A stretch of DNA of 64,000 nt from a virus, in IMG/VR virus record IMGVR_UViG_3300045988_174665. The stretch is one strand, 5' to 3'. Positions 44,501 to 52,037 of this stretch are shown one piece after another. How positions within the stretch are numbered: the first letter of the stretch is position 1; every line of letters begins with the position of its first letter. The position numbers and the translations under genes are program-made. The notes under the pieces were generated by a model. The model was not told where the DNA came from and did no database searches. It saw only the letters and a program-made list of their open reading frames with translations.

Positions 44501-47168
44501 GAATTGAATTAAGACCTTGTTGTGTGGCACCTAAATTTTTAAAGATATTTGTTCTTTCTTTATATAAATTATTAAGAGAAGCTACAGATTGTTCGACTGC
44601 CTCACCTTTATTAGCTTTATCTGAACCCAAATATCCAAGTGCATTTCCTATAGCGAATTTATCATCTTCAGATATGGCATTTTTTAATTCGTCTCTAGCG
44701 GCTTGGAAAAGTTTTGCCGATTGTTGATATTCTAAAGTACTTTGTTTTACTTTGTCAGAGGCCTGTGATATTTGTCCTTCAAGTCCAGAAATCTTACCTA
44801 AATCATCCATAACTGAAACTTGAGCTTTTGAAGGCTCTGTATTTTTACCAATTAGAGAGTTAAATTTCTCTCCGAGTGTTTTAGCAGTTTTTTCGGTTTT
44901 GTCTTTATCTTTAAGGACGCCATCCATAAAGTTTCCAACCCAATCTAAACCTGCTTCAAAGCCTTTTTTGCCAAGCTTTAAGCCAACAATGATTGTACCA
45001 ACTCTAAAAAGTCCTCCACCAAAGTCGCCTAAGCTATCTGCAATATTATTAATAACTGATAGTAAGTTTGTTAACGCATCAACTACAAATTTAATAGCAT
45101 CACTGTTAGCCAGACCCATAGCGAATCTATCCCATTCATCTTTTAATCTAGCCAACTTGGCATCCATAGATTCCATAGTTTTTTCAAACTGAACGGCAGA
45201 TGCACCAGCACTGTTGTTTGCGGCATCAACCAATTCCATTGTACGGTCATAGTTATCCATCATTGCTATGAAACGTGACTGCTGTCTACTACCGGCTGCC
45301 ATAGTTGCAACATATCTTTGGGTTGCGATATCAAGACTATCCCATTTACTTGCTAACTCTAAGAAAATTTCATCCAGACCTTTAGCTCCAGTAAAGAAGT
45401 CTTTCAAAGAGATACCAACTGACTTTAATGCGGCGTCAACTTTATTGATATTAACTTCTTCTCCTTCCACATCAAAGATTTTAGAAGGACTGGATTTCAT
45501 TTCGGTAAAACGAGCGATGATTGTTTTCATAGCTGTACCTAGATTTTCAGCCGATTCACGAGTCGTTTCAATCATTTGAGCAAGAAAGGCTGTAGTTGTC
45601 TCAAATTCCATATTCGCTGAGTGAGCAATTGAAGCAGTCCTTGTCATAGCAGAAGCTAATTCATTAGTATCAGATGCAGTAACTGCGGCTAATTCAGAAT
45701 AAACATCATTAACTCTTTGAGCCGAAGTTTCATCTAATTCCATGTTAAAACCACGTAAGGCAGCTGTCATAAGGTCGGTAGCTTTTGCGTTATCCAAATT
45801 AGCAATACGAGCCATCTTCATCGTTTCAGTACCAATCTGGGTAGCCTCATTTACATCAAGACCTTGCTGGTAATAAAGAGTTAATGTTTCATATGCCCCT
45901 TTAATTGTAGTGCCTAAATCCTCTGCCATTCGAGTATATTGTGGTAATTTATCCCACATATCGCTGACATTAAAGTCGGTAACTACAGCAGTTTCTGTCA
46001 TAGCCTCATCTAGGTCTTGAACAGTTGTAAAAGCTGACCTTACTGCTCTTTGGAATAAATTAATTGTATTTTGTAGACCGAAGAAATATTTAACTTGTTG
46101 TCCTAATTGTTCGACTTCTTGTCTAGCATTTTTTAAAGTTTCAGCTGAACGACTAACTTGATTAATTGTAGTCCCCATATTTCGAATGGGCTCTTTAGTT
46201 TGTTCAGAAGCTGTACCAATTGATTTAATTGCAGAGCTAACTTTTTCTAAATCTTGCTCAGGCAAATTTAATATAGCACTTTTAATTTCTTCAATTCCTT
46301 TTCCAGAAAAATCTAAAGAGGTTATCTCAGTTAATTTTTGTCTTAAATTATTTAAATGAGTTTCAGAAGTAGAAAGGTTATCTATTTCTGTTTTTAATTC
46401 ACTAATTTTATTTTCCCAAGCAGATATTCTTGCTGTAACACTAGTAATACTACTATTATTATTATTAATTTGAGTATTAAGAGAGGTAAGATTTTGTTTT
46501 GCGATTTTAAGCTCTGCTCCTACTTTCTCTAAACTAGCACTTAAATCAGTATATTCTGATTTATTGTAGGCTTTTTGTCCACTTTCGTCACGAAGTTTTT
46601 GCTGTTGTTTTTTAATGTTGGTTTGCTCGTTTAATAGTTTATTATACTTATCGCTGGCTTGAACTTGTTGTTGAGCTAAAGCAGCACCCGACTTTTTTAA
46701 AGACTCTTCTTGAACTTTCGCATCTTCTAATTTCTTCTCATAGCTCTTTATAGAATTGATTTTATTTTCTATTGCTGTTTTTGTGTTATTAACAGCATTA
46801 TAATATTTTTTTAATTCAGTTGTAGCTTTACTTGTTTTTTCGATAGTATCTTTAGAAATTAAACTTCTTATAGGTTTTCCATTTAATTCGTCAGTGTATC
46901 CATTAATTATTTTAAGCAAGGCTTCTACTTTCTTATAAGAAGAAGTTATTTTATTAACATCAGAAGGTCCTTTTATTTCCATATTAGAAGCTTCTGTTAA
47001 TTTTTGTATTTCATTATTAATTTTTTTAAAGGTGCTATTAATTTCTGTAGTTAGACCTTTAGATAAATTAATTTTAGAAAAAGAATCTTGCATTGTTTGA
47101 ACGCTAGTTTTTAAGTTAGATAAATCTACTTTTGCGTCAAACACTATATTTACTCTTTTATCTCCCAT
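38517..47168 (-). CDS. tail tape measure protein (2883 aa)
   Basis: Giant, helical, coiled-coil-rich ORF between the tail-tube genes and Dit. Has an internal hydrophobic segment (MPVGWVLAGLAAIAGAIWWIADAI) and an SH3-like C-terminal region (YRVGSKIKVDPNTRIYANSSGQGGGHQYF). Confidence 0.9.
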   Translation of the reverse strand: MGDKRVNIVFDAKVDLSNLKTSVQTMQDSFSKINLSKGLTTEINSTFKKINNEIQKLTEASNMEIKGPSDVNKITSSYKKVEALLKIINGYTDELNGKPIRSLISKDTIEKTSKATTELKKYYNAVNNTKTAIENKINSIKSYEKKLEDAKVQEESLKKSGAALAQQQVQASDKYNKLLNEQTNIKKQQQKLRDESGQKAYNKSEYTDLSASLEKVGAELKIAKQNLTSLNTQINNNNSSITSVTARISAWENKISELKTEIDNLSTSETHLNNLRQKLTEITSLDFSGKGIEEIKSAILNLPEQDLEKVSSAIKSIGTASEQTKEPIRNMGTTINQVSRSAETLKNARQEVEQLGQQVKYFFGLQNTINLFQRAVRSAFTTVQDLDEAMTETAVVTDFNVSDMWDKLPQYTRMAEDLGTTIKGAYETLTLYYQQGLDVNEATQIGTETMKMARIANLDNAKATDLMTAALRGFNMELDETSAQRVNDVYSELAAVTASDTNELASAMTRTASIAHSANMEFETTTAFLAQMIETTRESAENLGTAMKTIIARFTEMKSSPSKIFDVEGEEVNINKVDAALKSVGISLKDFFTGAKGLDEIFLELASKWDSLDIATQRYVATMAAGSRQQSRFIAMMDNYDRTMELVDAANNSAGASAVQFEKTMESMDAKLARLKDEWDRFAMGLANSDAIKFVVDALTNLLSVINNIADSLGDFGGGLFRVGTIIVGLKLGKKGFEAGLDWVGNFMDGVLKDKDKTEKTAKTLGEKFNSLIGKNTEPSKAQVSVMDDLGKISGLEGQISQASDKVKQSTLEYQQSAKLFQAARDELKNAISEDDKFAIGNALGYLGSDKANKGEAVEQSVASLNNLYKERTNIFKNLGATQQGLNSIQKLGLDTNKQSLLYLNKDTAKISERISLNDELSDGSKRYFLNLIAENNQENVGIGIKARSYAALLFCNKAKRLAIMQSLGLASAEEVEAIAANGAASATSVLNAAIASMPVGWVLAGLAAIAGAIWWIADAIKKASIEYKIEQATQALKDSKEAANDAKTAYDDLQESFDNYNEIVKSLEDLTVGTSEWKDQLIKANEEVVKLLETYPQLAKYITTDKSGLLTLNEEGQNELLKEEGEKVSKLQTSTLVGSQYTELLKQQKDINEKESAAREKVYGLSDSGMTLEEGATFKEGYEKYNSLLEAIKKEAQASTDRSVEEQNLLKDSAVGLENTSTDVWNWVQANTKDLTINGVTYSANSIQAMLADLNKNIFSPLNDKIAAGGGSAATYKSVDGSADFEGSRLAKEAKDQLNTSAIKTTMLQGISDALQNSGLSEGLANGLSQISGNLQEEVEKAKRDLDSVGGDDLKKKYADAFYGGDISKIASDMEEDAMRFQLASQQVGENYQKYINNAYEAISKMALTDQKEFIGILNRDTTLDYNKLDNFDTYLKKMDKSASELASEMGTTVEELTQAFEQAKTDIHTTQLRQKKQLFGTAIKATENDNTQKRLNSYSAVIQKLNAQQASSITNFENTLLKKFGEKGTTSVISTVFDGLSNKSDKYIKEYMDKFSSTLENVNWDSAIEGATAIKKGLASSNKEIRKVAKGMAEVGQVAYGVGAQMQEFFKASSFEDIQKDIVKTLKKGDKITASKVEEYAEESTELQNVLENTDIAAQTLADTLAAVGSGDLGIEDVTNGLLELADSTQQLNNVVAESVDLLDNFDPGIDEGEVGDKVNDIVEKVANWLKEGAYGNTQLYNYLDLFFGEDFEKAANKDLEKATKVYGEKLKKLYNNLYGAWKDLATNSDYAQALKKEGLGVSLLSNGSIDLDVGKFSTNEVVKKIAKSYNVTEEYAKMMLTDFKNYSGDLAQELRENDYAAGWSDFLKKSEYQISTLENEWKTKVGSGSVEKVQKTQTQTIINTKDLTNYGKLYGKDELTVWQDLAKELDINIDKLTTVEDIKKRIKDSGEIKIFDLGSDDDTETQLKNVQSLMEEIWGKKNRGLDPFINGKASLDELVNTFSSLGVKDDLIYEAVEKQIDNLENKDGTIELKGYDLELTEVQENGVAKTLEEAQTKADATIYAQAITDSFTTVDTSEAGTNIRNNIDQAILDCIEDAKLLNQILNNESLEVQGPPQQFGKVLSNTFGINLNKPPTFSTGKGWSFAQGTKKAPVSSNALVGEEGPELSYNKKGEAKLLGAKGPEITKVNKDDVIFPADETKDILKGSHQQKFFSFARGYERKEGQTSDYDTSTKKASTKKASTKKSSTKKSSSAKEEEPWKNTYDWLYNLTADINAKLREREKLEKKYDRLLENRKSTAKDIYKNYKSQVKVLEEEIRLQQQMYVNRKQEIKDTVSWNSDLKKYAAYNWKDNTIEINWGNINRVTDNDLGDRIEEYISKLEELQDSMNDAEDAIDEYTDTLKELEEQGREDTMDFEQRVYDAILNREQKIIDNLSNLDETINNSNDALMSAIQENLDKIRQDRNNQKTEKEITDKERQLAYLQLDTSGSNELAIKQLQEELTNQEQDYTDNLIDQRLSEIEQQNEKASDQRQTQISIMQAQLDVAKNEGKYWNEVYTLINKGTTATGALLKGSELEKLLKKEDTFSGLSSMQKMDWLDTLEQSAKISISTYAKDRQLEKLGYYGGQGITFTDGNGKQQTGVIQSDGSVRVKGKGGYTTYNDVFLMPDGRTFRTLETGGNWTKTSTSKKTNSTSSKKQGSNSNNKKYRVGSKIKVDPNTRIYANSSGQGGGHQYFDYDPNYIVLSEQNGYVLVRHHKTSGYTGWFKSSAIKSVPQYKKGGLADFTGPAWLDGTKSSPELILNAKDTQNFLTLKEVLSSVMKNNNNNNSIPSQSTGDVNVEVNINVDKIEKDYDVEQLAKQVKKSIASDARYRNVNAISFMR
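40411..40469. repeat. 4 x ~15-nt tandem repeat inside the tape measure gene
   Basis: TTTTTTGTTGACGAC / TTTTTAGTCGAAGCC / TTTTTGGTTGAGGC / TTTTTTAGTTGAAGT on +. Encodes TSTKKASTKKASTKKSSTKKSS on the - strand. Confidence 0.8.
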
Positions 47169-47181
47169 TTTGTCCTCCTAA

Positions 47182-47220
47182 TAAAAAAATCGACATTAAC
47201 CAGTAAGTTAATGTCGATTT
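47182..47220 (-). terminator. stem-loop/attenuator upstream of the tape measure gene
   Basis: 14-bp perfect stem AAATCGACATTAAC (47187-47200) / GTTAATGTCGATTT (47207-47220). The A run on + at 47183-47189 gives a T run on the - strand. Confidence 0.7.
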
Positions 47221-47221
47221 A

Positions 47222-48007
47222 TTATAAATCACTATCTATATCATCATTTAAAAAATATTGTTCAAGAACAATTTTATTACCTCTTGAACCAACGGGAATT
47301 CCAACTAATGAAAAATTAGCTACCATTGGTGAAGCATTCTCTCCCAGAGTCATAGATAAATCAGACATCAACTTTACTTTAGGAATTTTTATTATTCCTG
47401 TTTTTATATGTCCAGTAACATCATCCTGAGTCTTTGTCTTAGCTTCTAAGCTTAAAAACCCAGAAATTAATTGTTGTCCAATTACTACTTTTTCTCCACC
47501 ATTAGTATAGTTAAAGTTATAAATTGCCCTAATATTTGTGAAAGGGGTATTAATTTTATAGACTTTATCTTCTACTTTGCTATAATTAATTTTTTCTTGC
47601 GTTTCTTTATCATAAAGAAATAATTTATCAGCTGGAATATATTTTAAAGTAACCAATCCGTTTTCATCACTTTCAAGATTATTTTCAGTTTGTGTTACCT
47701 TTATTGGAGTTTTTGTGTATTTTAAAATTTTAGAGTTACTTAATAGAGCAAACTGTTCTTTAGAAAAAATTCCGTTTGAAAAATTAACAGTAACTTCCTT
47801 AGTTTCTTCCCAAAAAACTCTATCTTGGTTGTTATATCCGCCTGATGCACGAACTTTATTTTTAATTTCATTAAAGTTAGAAATGGTGATTTTATCAAAA
47901 AGAGCAATTGTTTCTCCTTCCTCAAATACTTTTCCAAGTATCTCTATAGGATAAGTAAGTTTTAAATGCATATCATACAACTCTTTGAAACCTAATTCTT
48001 TCTCCAT
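47222..48007 (-). CDS. tail-tube-like protein, paralog of 48052..48828
   Basis: Start at MEKELGF (AGGAGG then 4 nt). Shares blocks with the neighbouring protein: VRASGGYNNQDRVFWEETKEVTVNFSNGIFS vs AEARGGKGNPPLIIWDYGKEITVTLEDALFS, and IIKIPKVKL...MTLGENASPMVANFSL vs IIQKAKVQS...TLEAEGDPSVFNMNL. Confidence 0.6.
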   Translation of the reverse strand: MEKELGFKELYDMHLKLTYPIEILGKVFEEGETIALFDKITISNFNEIKNKVRASGGYNNQDRVFWEETKEVTVNFSNGIFSKEQFALLSNSKILKYTKTPIKVTQTENNLESDENGLVTLKYIPADKLFLYDKETQEKINYSKVEDKVYKINTPFTNIRAIYNFNYTNGGEKVVIGQQLISGFLSLEAKTKTQDDVTGHIKTGIIKIPKVKLMSDLSMTLGENASPMVANFSLVGIPVGSRGNKIVLEQYFLNDDIDSDL

Positions 48008-48017
48008 AATTCCTCCT

Positions 48018-48043
48018 AAAAAAATAAACGGCAAAAGCCGTTT
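48018..48043 (-). terminator. stem-loop/attenuator after the major tail gene
   Basis: AAACGGC (48026-48032) / GCCGTTT (48037-48043), with a T run on the - strand. Confidence 0.65.
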
Positions 48044-48051
48044 ATTTTATA

Positions 48052-48828
48052 TTAGATTTGTGTGTCTTCAGTAGCTCCTGTTATACTATACTTAACAAGC
48101 TTCATCATCTTACCGTCTGATGGACGCATAACACGAAGATTCATATTAAATACTGAGGGGTCTCCTTCAGCCTCAAGAGTAATTGTGTTCTCTGACTGAA
48201 CCTTAGCCTTTTGTATTATGAATTGGAAAAATTCATCCTTACCTGTTACTTCAGAACGAGCATAAGTATCTCCTGTTACATAATAAGTGCCAGGGAAAGA
48301 ATTAGCTGAAATTTCAATCTCTTGACCATCTACTGCTAATTCAGAAACTAAGAAATAAGTTTCACCGGCTGTTAAAGTTGTTGAAGCTGTTGAATCTGCG
48401 AGAGTTTTCTTAGTACCCTTTTCTACTCCCTTCGCATCATAAACCTTTGCGTCATCCGGAACTGCTACTACCTTTCCGCCCGGAAGTTCAATATTTGTAG
48501 GAACTGTTTTTCCTTTAAAAGTGATTGTTTTAGTGATTTTTGTAGCTGATGAAAGAGTAGAATCACCAAACATAATAGCTAAAGATTTAGCAGAGAATAG
48601 AGCATCTTCTAGAGTAACTGTAATTTCCTTACCATAGTCCCAAATAATAAGTGGCGGATTACCTTTACCACCTCTAGCTTCAGCTTCTTCTGCTGTTTGT
48701 TCTATTGTTGATACTTTTAAGGTATCTAAATAGAGAACTGCAGCACCACGAGTACCATCGGAATTAATATCATAAAAAGTTACATCAGCGACTTCTTTGA
48801 TACCATATCTTTCTAGTATGTTAGCCAT
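48052..48828 (-). CDS. major tail (tube) protein
   Basis: Position upstream of the tape measure. Strong SD, biased codon usage and a following attenuator suggest high expression. Beta-rich 258 aa. Confidence 0.6.
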   Translation of the reverse strand: MANILERYGIKEVADVTFYDINSDGTRGAAVLYLDTLKVSTIEQTAEEAEARGGKGNPPLIIWDYGKEITVTLEDALFSAKSLAIMFGDSTLSSATKITKTITFKGKTVPTNIELPGGKVVAVPDDAKVYDAKGVEKGTKKTLADSTASTTLTAGETYFLVSELAVDGQEIEISANSFPGTYYVTGDTYARSEVTGKDEFFQFIIQKAKVQSENTITLEAEGDPSVFNMNLRVMRPSDGKMMKLVKYSITGATEDTQI

Positions 48829-48839
48829 ATTATAGCCTC

Positions 48840-49604
48840 CTATTCATTTAAATTTTCTATCCAATATTTAGGTTTAACTTTTTTGGAGTCGGCGCCGGCT
48901 AATAAACTCTGGATATCTAAGTTATAAGCCTCTTGATGTCTTTTTCTATCCATAAGTCGGACTCCTGCGACATATGGTATCTGCCTAATATTAAGTGGAT
49001 TAATACCCAAATCCATACAGCAAATTGACTCCATTACAGTATTTAAAGAAATTCCCTTTCCAGATTTTGCTTTAATTTTATCTCTATAACGAGCTTTTGC
49101 TTTAATACGAGCAATACGTGGGTCTTCATCTGCAACATATTCTTCAACCATTTCAGCCCCAGAAGCAAGTCTGATTAAGTTTTGAAAGTCAAAAAAGTCT
49201 TCTTTGTTTATCAATCGTAACTCATCTAAAGAGGAGATTGAGATTATAGTTTTATTAAAATCGCCAACCATAATTGCGTTAGCATTAAATAAAAGAGTTA
49301 CTGGTTCTTTAATAAAAAATTCTATACCTTTTTGAACTTTTTGGGCATAATCTTCATTGCTGGCTGCAGTAGCCATTATATACTCAAACGGAGTTGGCAT
49401 TTTCTCCACTTTATCAAATAAGTTTTGTTCATTAAACATATCTAATATATCTTCTTGTTGAAGGAACAAAATTGAACGATACAAAGGAAAAAATTTATCT
49501 TTTATATCTAAAAAAGTTGGAGGATAAATAAAAATATCTTTTTTTTTAAATTCAACAGGTAAATTTAAAAAAAATAAAGATAAAGCTTCAGATTTATTAA
49601 TCAT
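48840..49604 (-). CDS. hypothetical tail-module protein
   Basis: 254-aa ORF between the connector genes and the major tail gene. No motif recognised. Confidence 0.55.
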   Translation of the reverse strand: MINKSEALSLFFLNLPVEFKKKDIFIYPPTFLDIKDKFFPLYRSILFLQQEDILDMFNEQNLFDKVEKMPTPFEYIMATAASNEDYAQKVQKGIEFFIKEPVTLLFNANAIMVGDFNKTIISISSLDELRLINKEDFFDFQNLIRLASGAEMVEEYVADEDPRIARIKAKARYRDKIKAKSGKGISLNTVMESICCMDLGINPLNIRQIPYVAGVRLMDRKRHQEAYNLDIQSLLAGADSKKVKPKYWIENLNE

Positions 49605-50085
49605 AGCTAGTTATTTTAAAAACCTGCTGATAACAGGATACTTCTGTAGTTAAAAAATTTAAAGAAAAATCTCCTCCACTAATTTTTCCTAACCCATTTA
49701 CACTTTTATCTTTTAAGCTTTTTTGAATTTCACCCATTATAGCAAATGGGCGTAAATTACTATCTTTTATAGTCCATTCGGTAAAAGGAACAAAATTTTC
49801 TACTACAATTGTAATATCTTTAAATTCAGAATTAATTAAATTAATATCGCCGCCCTCAACTCTAATTGCAACAATAGAGTTAGCGGTTTCTTTAGTATCT
49901 ACATAAGGAACTATTTTAATTAATTTACTTTTTATTTCTTTATTTACTATATCTAAAGGAATATCATTCTCAGCTAAAGGATTTTTATTATTATAATATA
50001 ATAATTTAATAAGATTTTGATTAGCTAAAAGCCTCTGCATAATTTTTTGTAGGTTAAGACCTATTTCCATACAATTTCTAACCAT
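49597..50085 (-). CDS. hypothetical neck/tail-completion protein
   Basis: GGAGGGTG SD and TAAATG junction with the upstream gene. Assigned by position only. Confidence 0.5.
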   Translation of the reverse strand: MVRNCMEIGLNLQKIMQRLLANQNLIKLLYYNNKNPLAENDIPLDIVNKEIKSKLIKIVPYVDTKETANSIVAIRVEGGDINLINSEFKDITIVVENFVPFTEWTIKDSNLRPFAIMGEIQKSLKDKSVNGLGKISGGDFSLNFLTTEVSCYQQVFKITSYD

Positions 50086-50805
50086 TTATTCACCCTCCTC
50101 TAACCAATAAATGTCCTCTTTTTTATCTTCTTCATTGATTTCAGGTAAAGGACTCTTATCCATTATATAAATAGGGTCAACTGTAACATATTCAACACCT
50201 GGGGTTGAAATAATATCATATCCAGTTACTCGATAGCCTTGTTTAATATTTTTAATCGTAATTTCAAAATAGCTTTGTTTTTGGAGATTTTCGTTTAATG
50301 GTAGGATTAAAAAATTAGAATTACTATCTTCTAAATATATTACATTAGCACTACTTGATTTAATAGTATCTGTAATGGCTGCTGTACCTTTACCGTGAAA
50401 ATATGCCCAACTTTTTACTATTGTACCTTCTTTATTTTTCCACATAATCTTATGTGTCATTTTTAATACTACATAACGGTTATAGCCGCTGGTTCGCATA
50501 TTTTCTAACCAATATACCATCCATTTCTCTTCTTCTTTTGTTTCTTCATTGGTAATTTCTAAAATTGTTCCATTAGGAATAATCAATTTTCTTCTGGTCA
50601 ATAGATAATGTAAAGTTTCTGTGGAATCTTGTTTATAAGGTTCTAAACTACCTACCTGCTCTTCTTCTCCAAGTAAAAAAGTTACTCGATAAATTGTCTT
50701 CTTCAAATAGTATTCAAACTGATGTTCTCTCTCCCCTTGAATCCTTGTTTGATAAGTAGAACCAAATTTATTTAATCTTTTTCTATAAATATCATTATAA
50801 TACAT
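50086..50805 (-). CDS. hypothetical neck/tail-completion protein
   Basis: Start taken at MYYNDIY (TAATG overlap with the upstream stop at 50805). Confidence 0.5.
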   Translation of the reverse strand: MYYNDIYRKRLNKFGSTYQTRIQGEREHQFEYYLKKTIYRVTFLLGEEEQVGSLEPYKQDSTETLHYLLTRRKLIIPNGTILEITNEETKEEEKWMVYWLENMRTSGYNRYVVLKMTHKIMWKNKEGTIVKSWAYFHGKGTAAITDTIKSSSANVIYLEDSNSNFLILPLNENLQKQSYFEITIKNIKQGYRVTGYDIISTPGVEYVTVDPIYIMDKSPLPEINEEDKKEDIYWLEEGE

Positions 50806-51068
50806 TATTTTTCGACCAAAGACATACAATCAAAGATTGTACTTCTAAAATATTTATATTTTAAATATCGGAGAGAAGATAATTTATAAAATAATATATA
50901 ATAATTTATTGTTTTTTGCTCATTAGAATATCCTAATAATTCGCAGAGAATAGAATCTAAAAAAGTTTCCCATTCCCCATTTTTTTCAAACTCGCATAAT
51001 AAACCATATAATTTACTTTTAAATTTATTAGTATACCCCTCTTTCATATCTGCCACATAGTCACTCAT
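50805..51068 (-). CDS. hypothetical protein
   Basis: Small ORF. Start is ATG 51068 or GTG 51077, overlapping the upstream gene end. Confidence 0.45.
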   Translation of the reverse strand: MSDYVADMKEGYTNKFKSKLYGLLCEFEKNGEWETFLDSILCELLGYSNEQKTINYYILFYKLSSLRYLKYKYFRSTIFDCMSLVEK

Positions 51069-51495
51069 CTTTACCACCTGCCAATTTCTGATATGGAAAA
51101 GGTTTATTATCTATTGCTCGATAATAAATACTTTCATAATCTTTCGCATTTTTCTTTTCTTGTAATAGTAAATTACTAAATTTATCAATTAAATTAGCCT
51201 GAGAAAAATCCCTTTCATCGTATAAAGGTTTAACATTTTTCCAATCCATTATTACTCGATTTAACCACTCAACTTTCATATAAGTAGCTAAAATCTGAAT
51301 TTCTCTATTGTTTAAGCTTGAAACAAAATTATTTTCCTCAATTTCTAAACTTTTTTTAGGGAATTTAAACCATGGTATGGCGGCGTCAAGAATAATTCTC
51401 CAATCTTCATTAACCTCGTTGCTTGTCCAAAGTTCCCATTCGTCTTCTGTCATTCTCCCTAAAAAAGCATCATACACTTTTTTTAAAGGAGTCAT
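51061..51495 (-). CDS. putative head-tail connector/adaptor
   Basis: 144 aa, positioned after the capsid genes. N-terminal pattern VYDAFLGRMTEDEWELW...ILDAAIPWF resembles gp6/gp15-type adaptors. GGAGGA SD. Confidence 0.4.
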   Translation of the reverse strand: MTPLKKVYDAFLGRMTEDEWELWTSNEVNEDWRIILDAAIPWFKFPKKSLEIEENNFVSSLNNREIQILATYMKVEWLNRVIMDWKNVKPLYDERDFSQANLIDKFSNLLLQEKKNAKDYESIYYRAIDNKPFPYQKLAGGKDE

Positions 51496-51496
51496 A

Positions 51497-51970
51497 TTAG
51501 TCCTCCTTACTATCTCGGCTTAGTTTAATAGCAGAAATTATATCTATATCCGTATATTTTTTAAGTAGGTCACATCTGTTTAAGTCAGAAATTTCGTGTT
51601 CGATAGCATAATCAACTAATTGAAAAATCTGCTCTCTGGGAAGTTTCTTTAAAAGTTCTCTTAGCTCTTGAACTGGGGCAAGAGTTAAGTACCTTTTTTT
51701 CTGAGAATCAGTTAAAACAATAATATGAGGTTCTTCACCCTCTTCCTCTAAGCCTAAATCAATTTTATCTCTTAATTCATCAATTCCAAGTATGCCTTGC
51801 TTGAACATATATTCTACACCATCTTCATAAAGAAGTTGCTGTAAAGTTTCAAAAGGAATAGCTTTTACTGCTCCTTTCTTTTCCCAAGTCCTTGAAAATC
51901 TTAAATCATTGCTCTTAATACCAACTCTACCGTTGGTTAAATTTTTAACCTTTACAATTCTATTTTCCAT
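51497..51970 (-). CDS. hypothetical head-module protein
   Basis: 157-aa ORF after the capsid-gene terminator. No motif recognised. Confidence 0.5.
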   Translation of the reverse strand: MENRIVKVKNLTNGRVGIKSNDLRFSRTWEKKGAVKAIPFETLQQLLYEDGVEYMFKQGILGIDELRDKIDLGLEEEGEEPHIIVLTDSQKKRYLTLAPVQELRELLKKLPREQIFQLVDYAIEHEISDLNRCDLLKKYTDIDIISAIKLSRDSKED

Positions 51971-51994
51971 TCTAATTACTCCTTTTACTCTTTA

Positions 51995-52026
51995 TTTTTT
52001 AAAAGGAGGAGAGAACCTCTCCTCCC
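51995..52026 (-). terminator. stem-loop/attenuator after the major capsid gene
   Basis: GGAGGAGAG (52005-52013) / CTCTCCTCC (52017-52025), followed on the - strand by TTTT. Confidence 0.6.
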
Positions 52027-52037
52027 TTTCTTATATA

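Noticed and set aside
40008-45579. Eight + strand ORFs (65-103 aa) inside the tape measure gene
   Set aside because: All are antisense to a single uninterrupted 2883-codon ORF. They arise from its Ala/Ser/Lys codon bias and have no SD sites.
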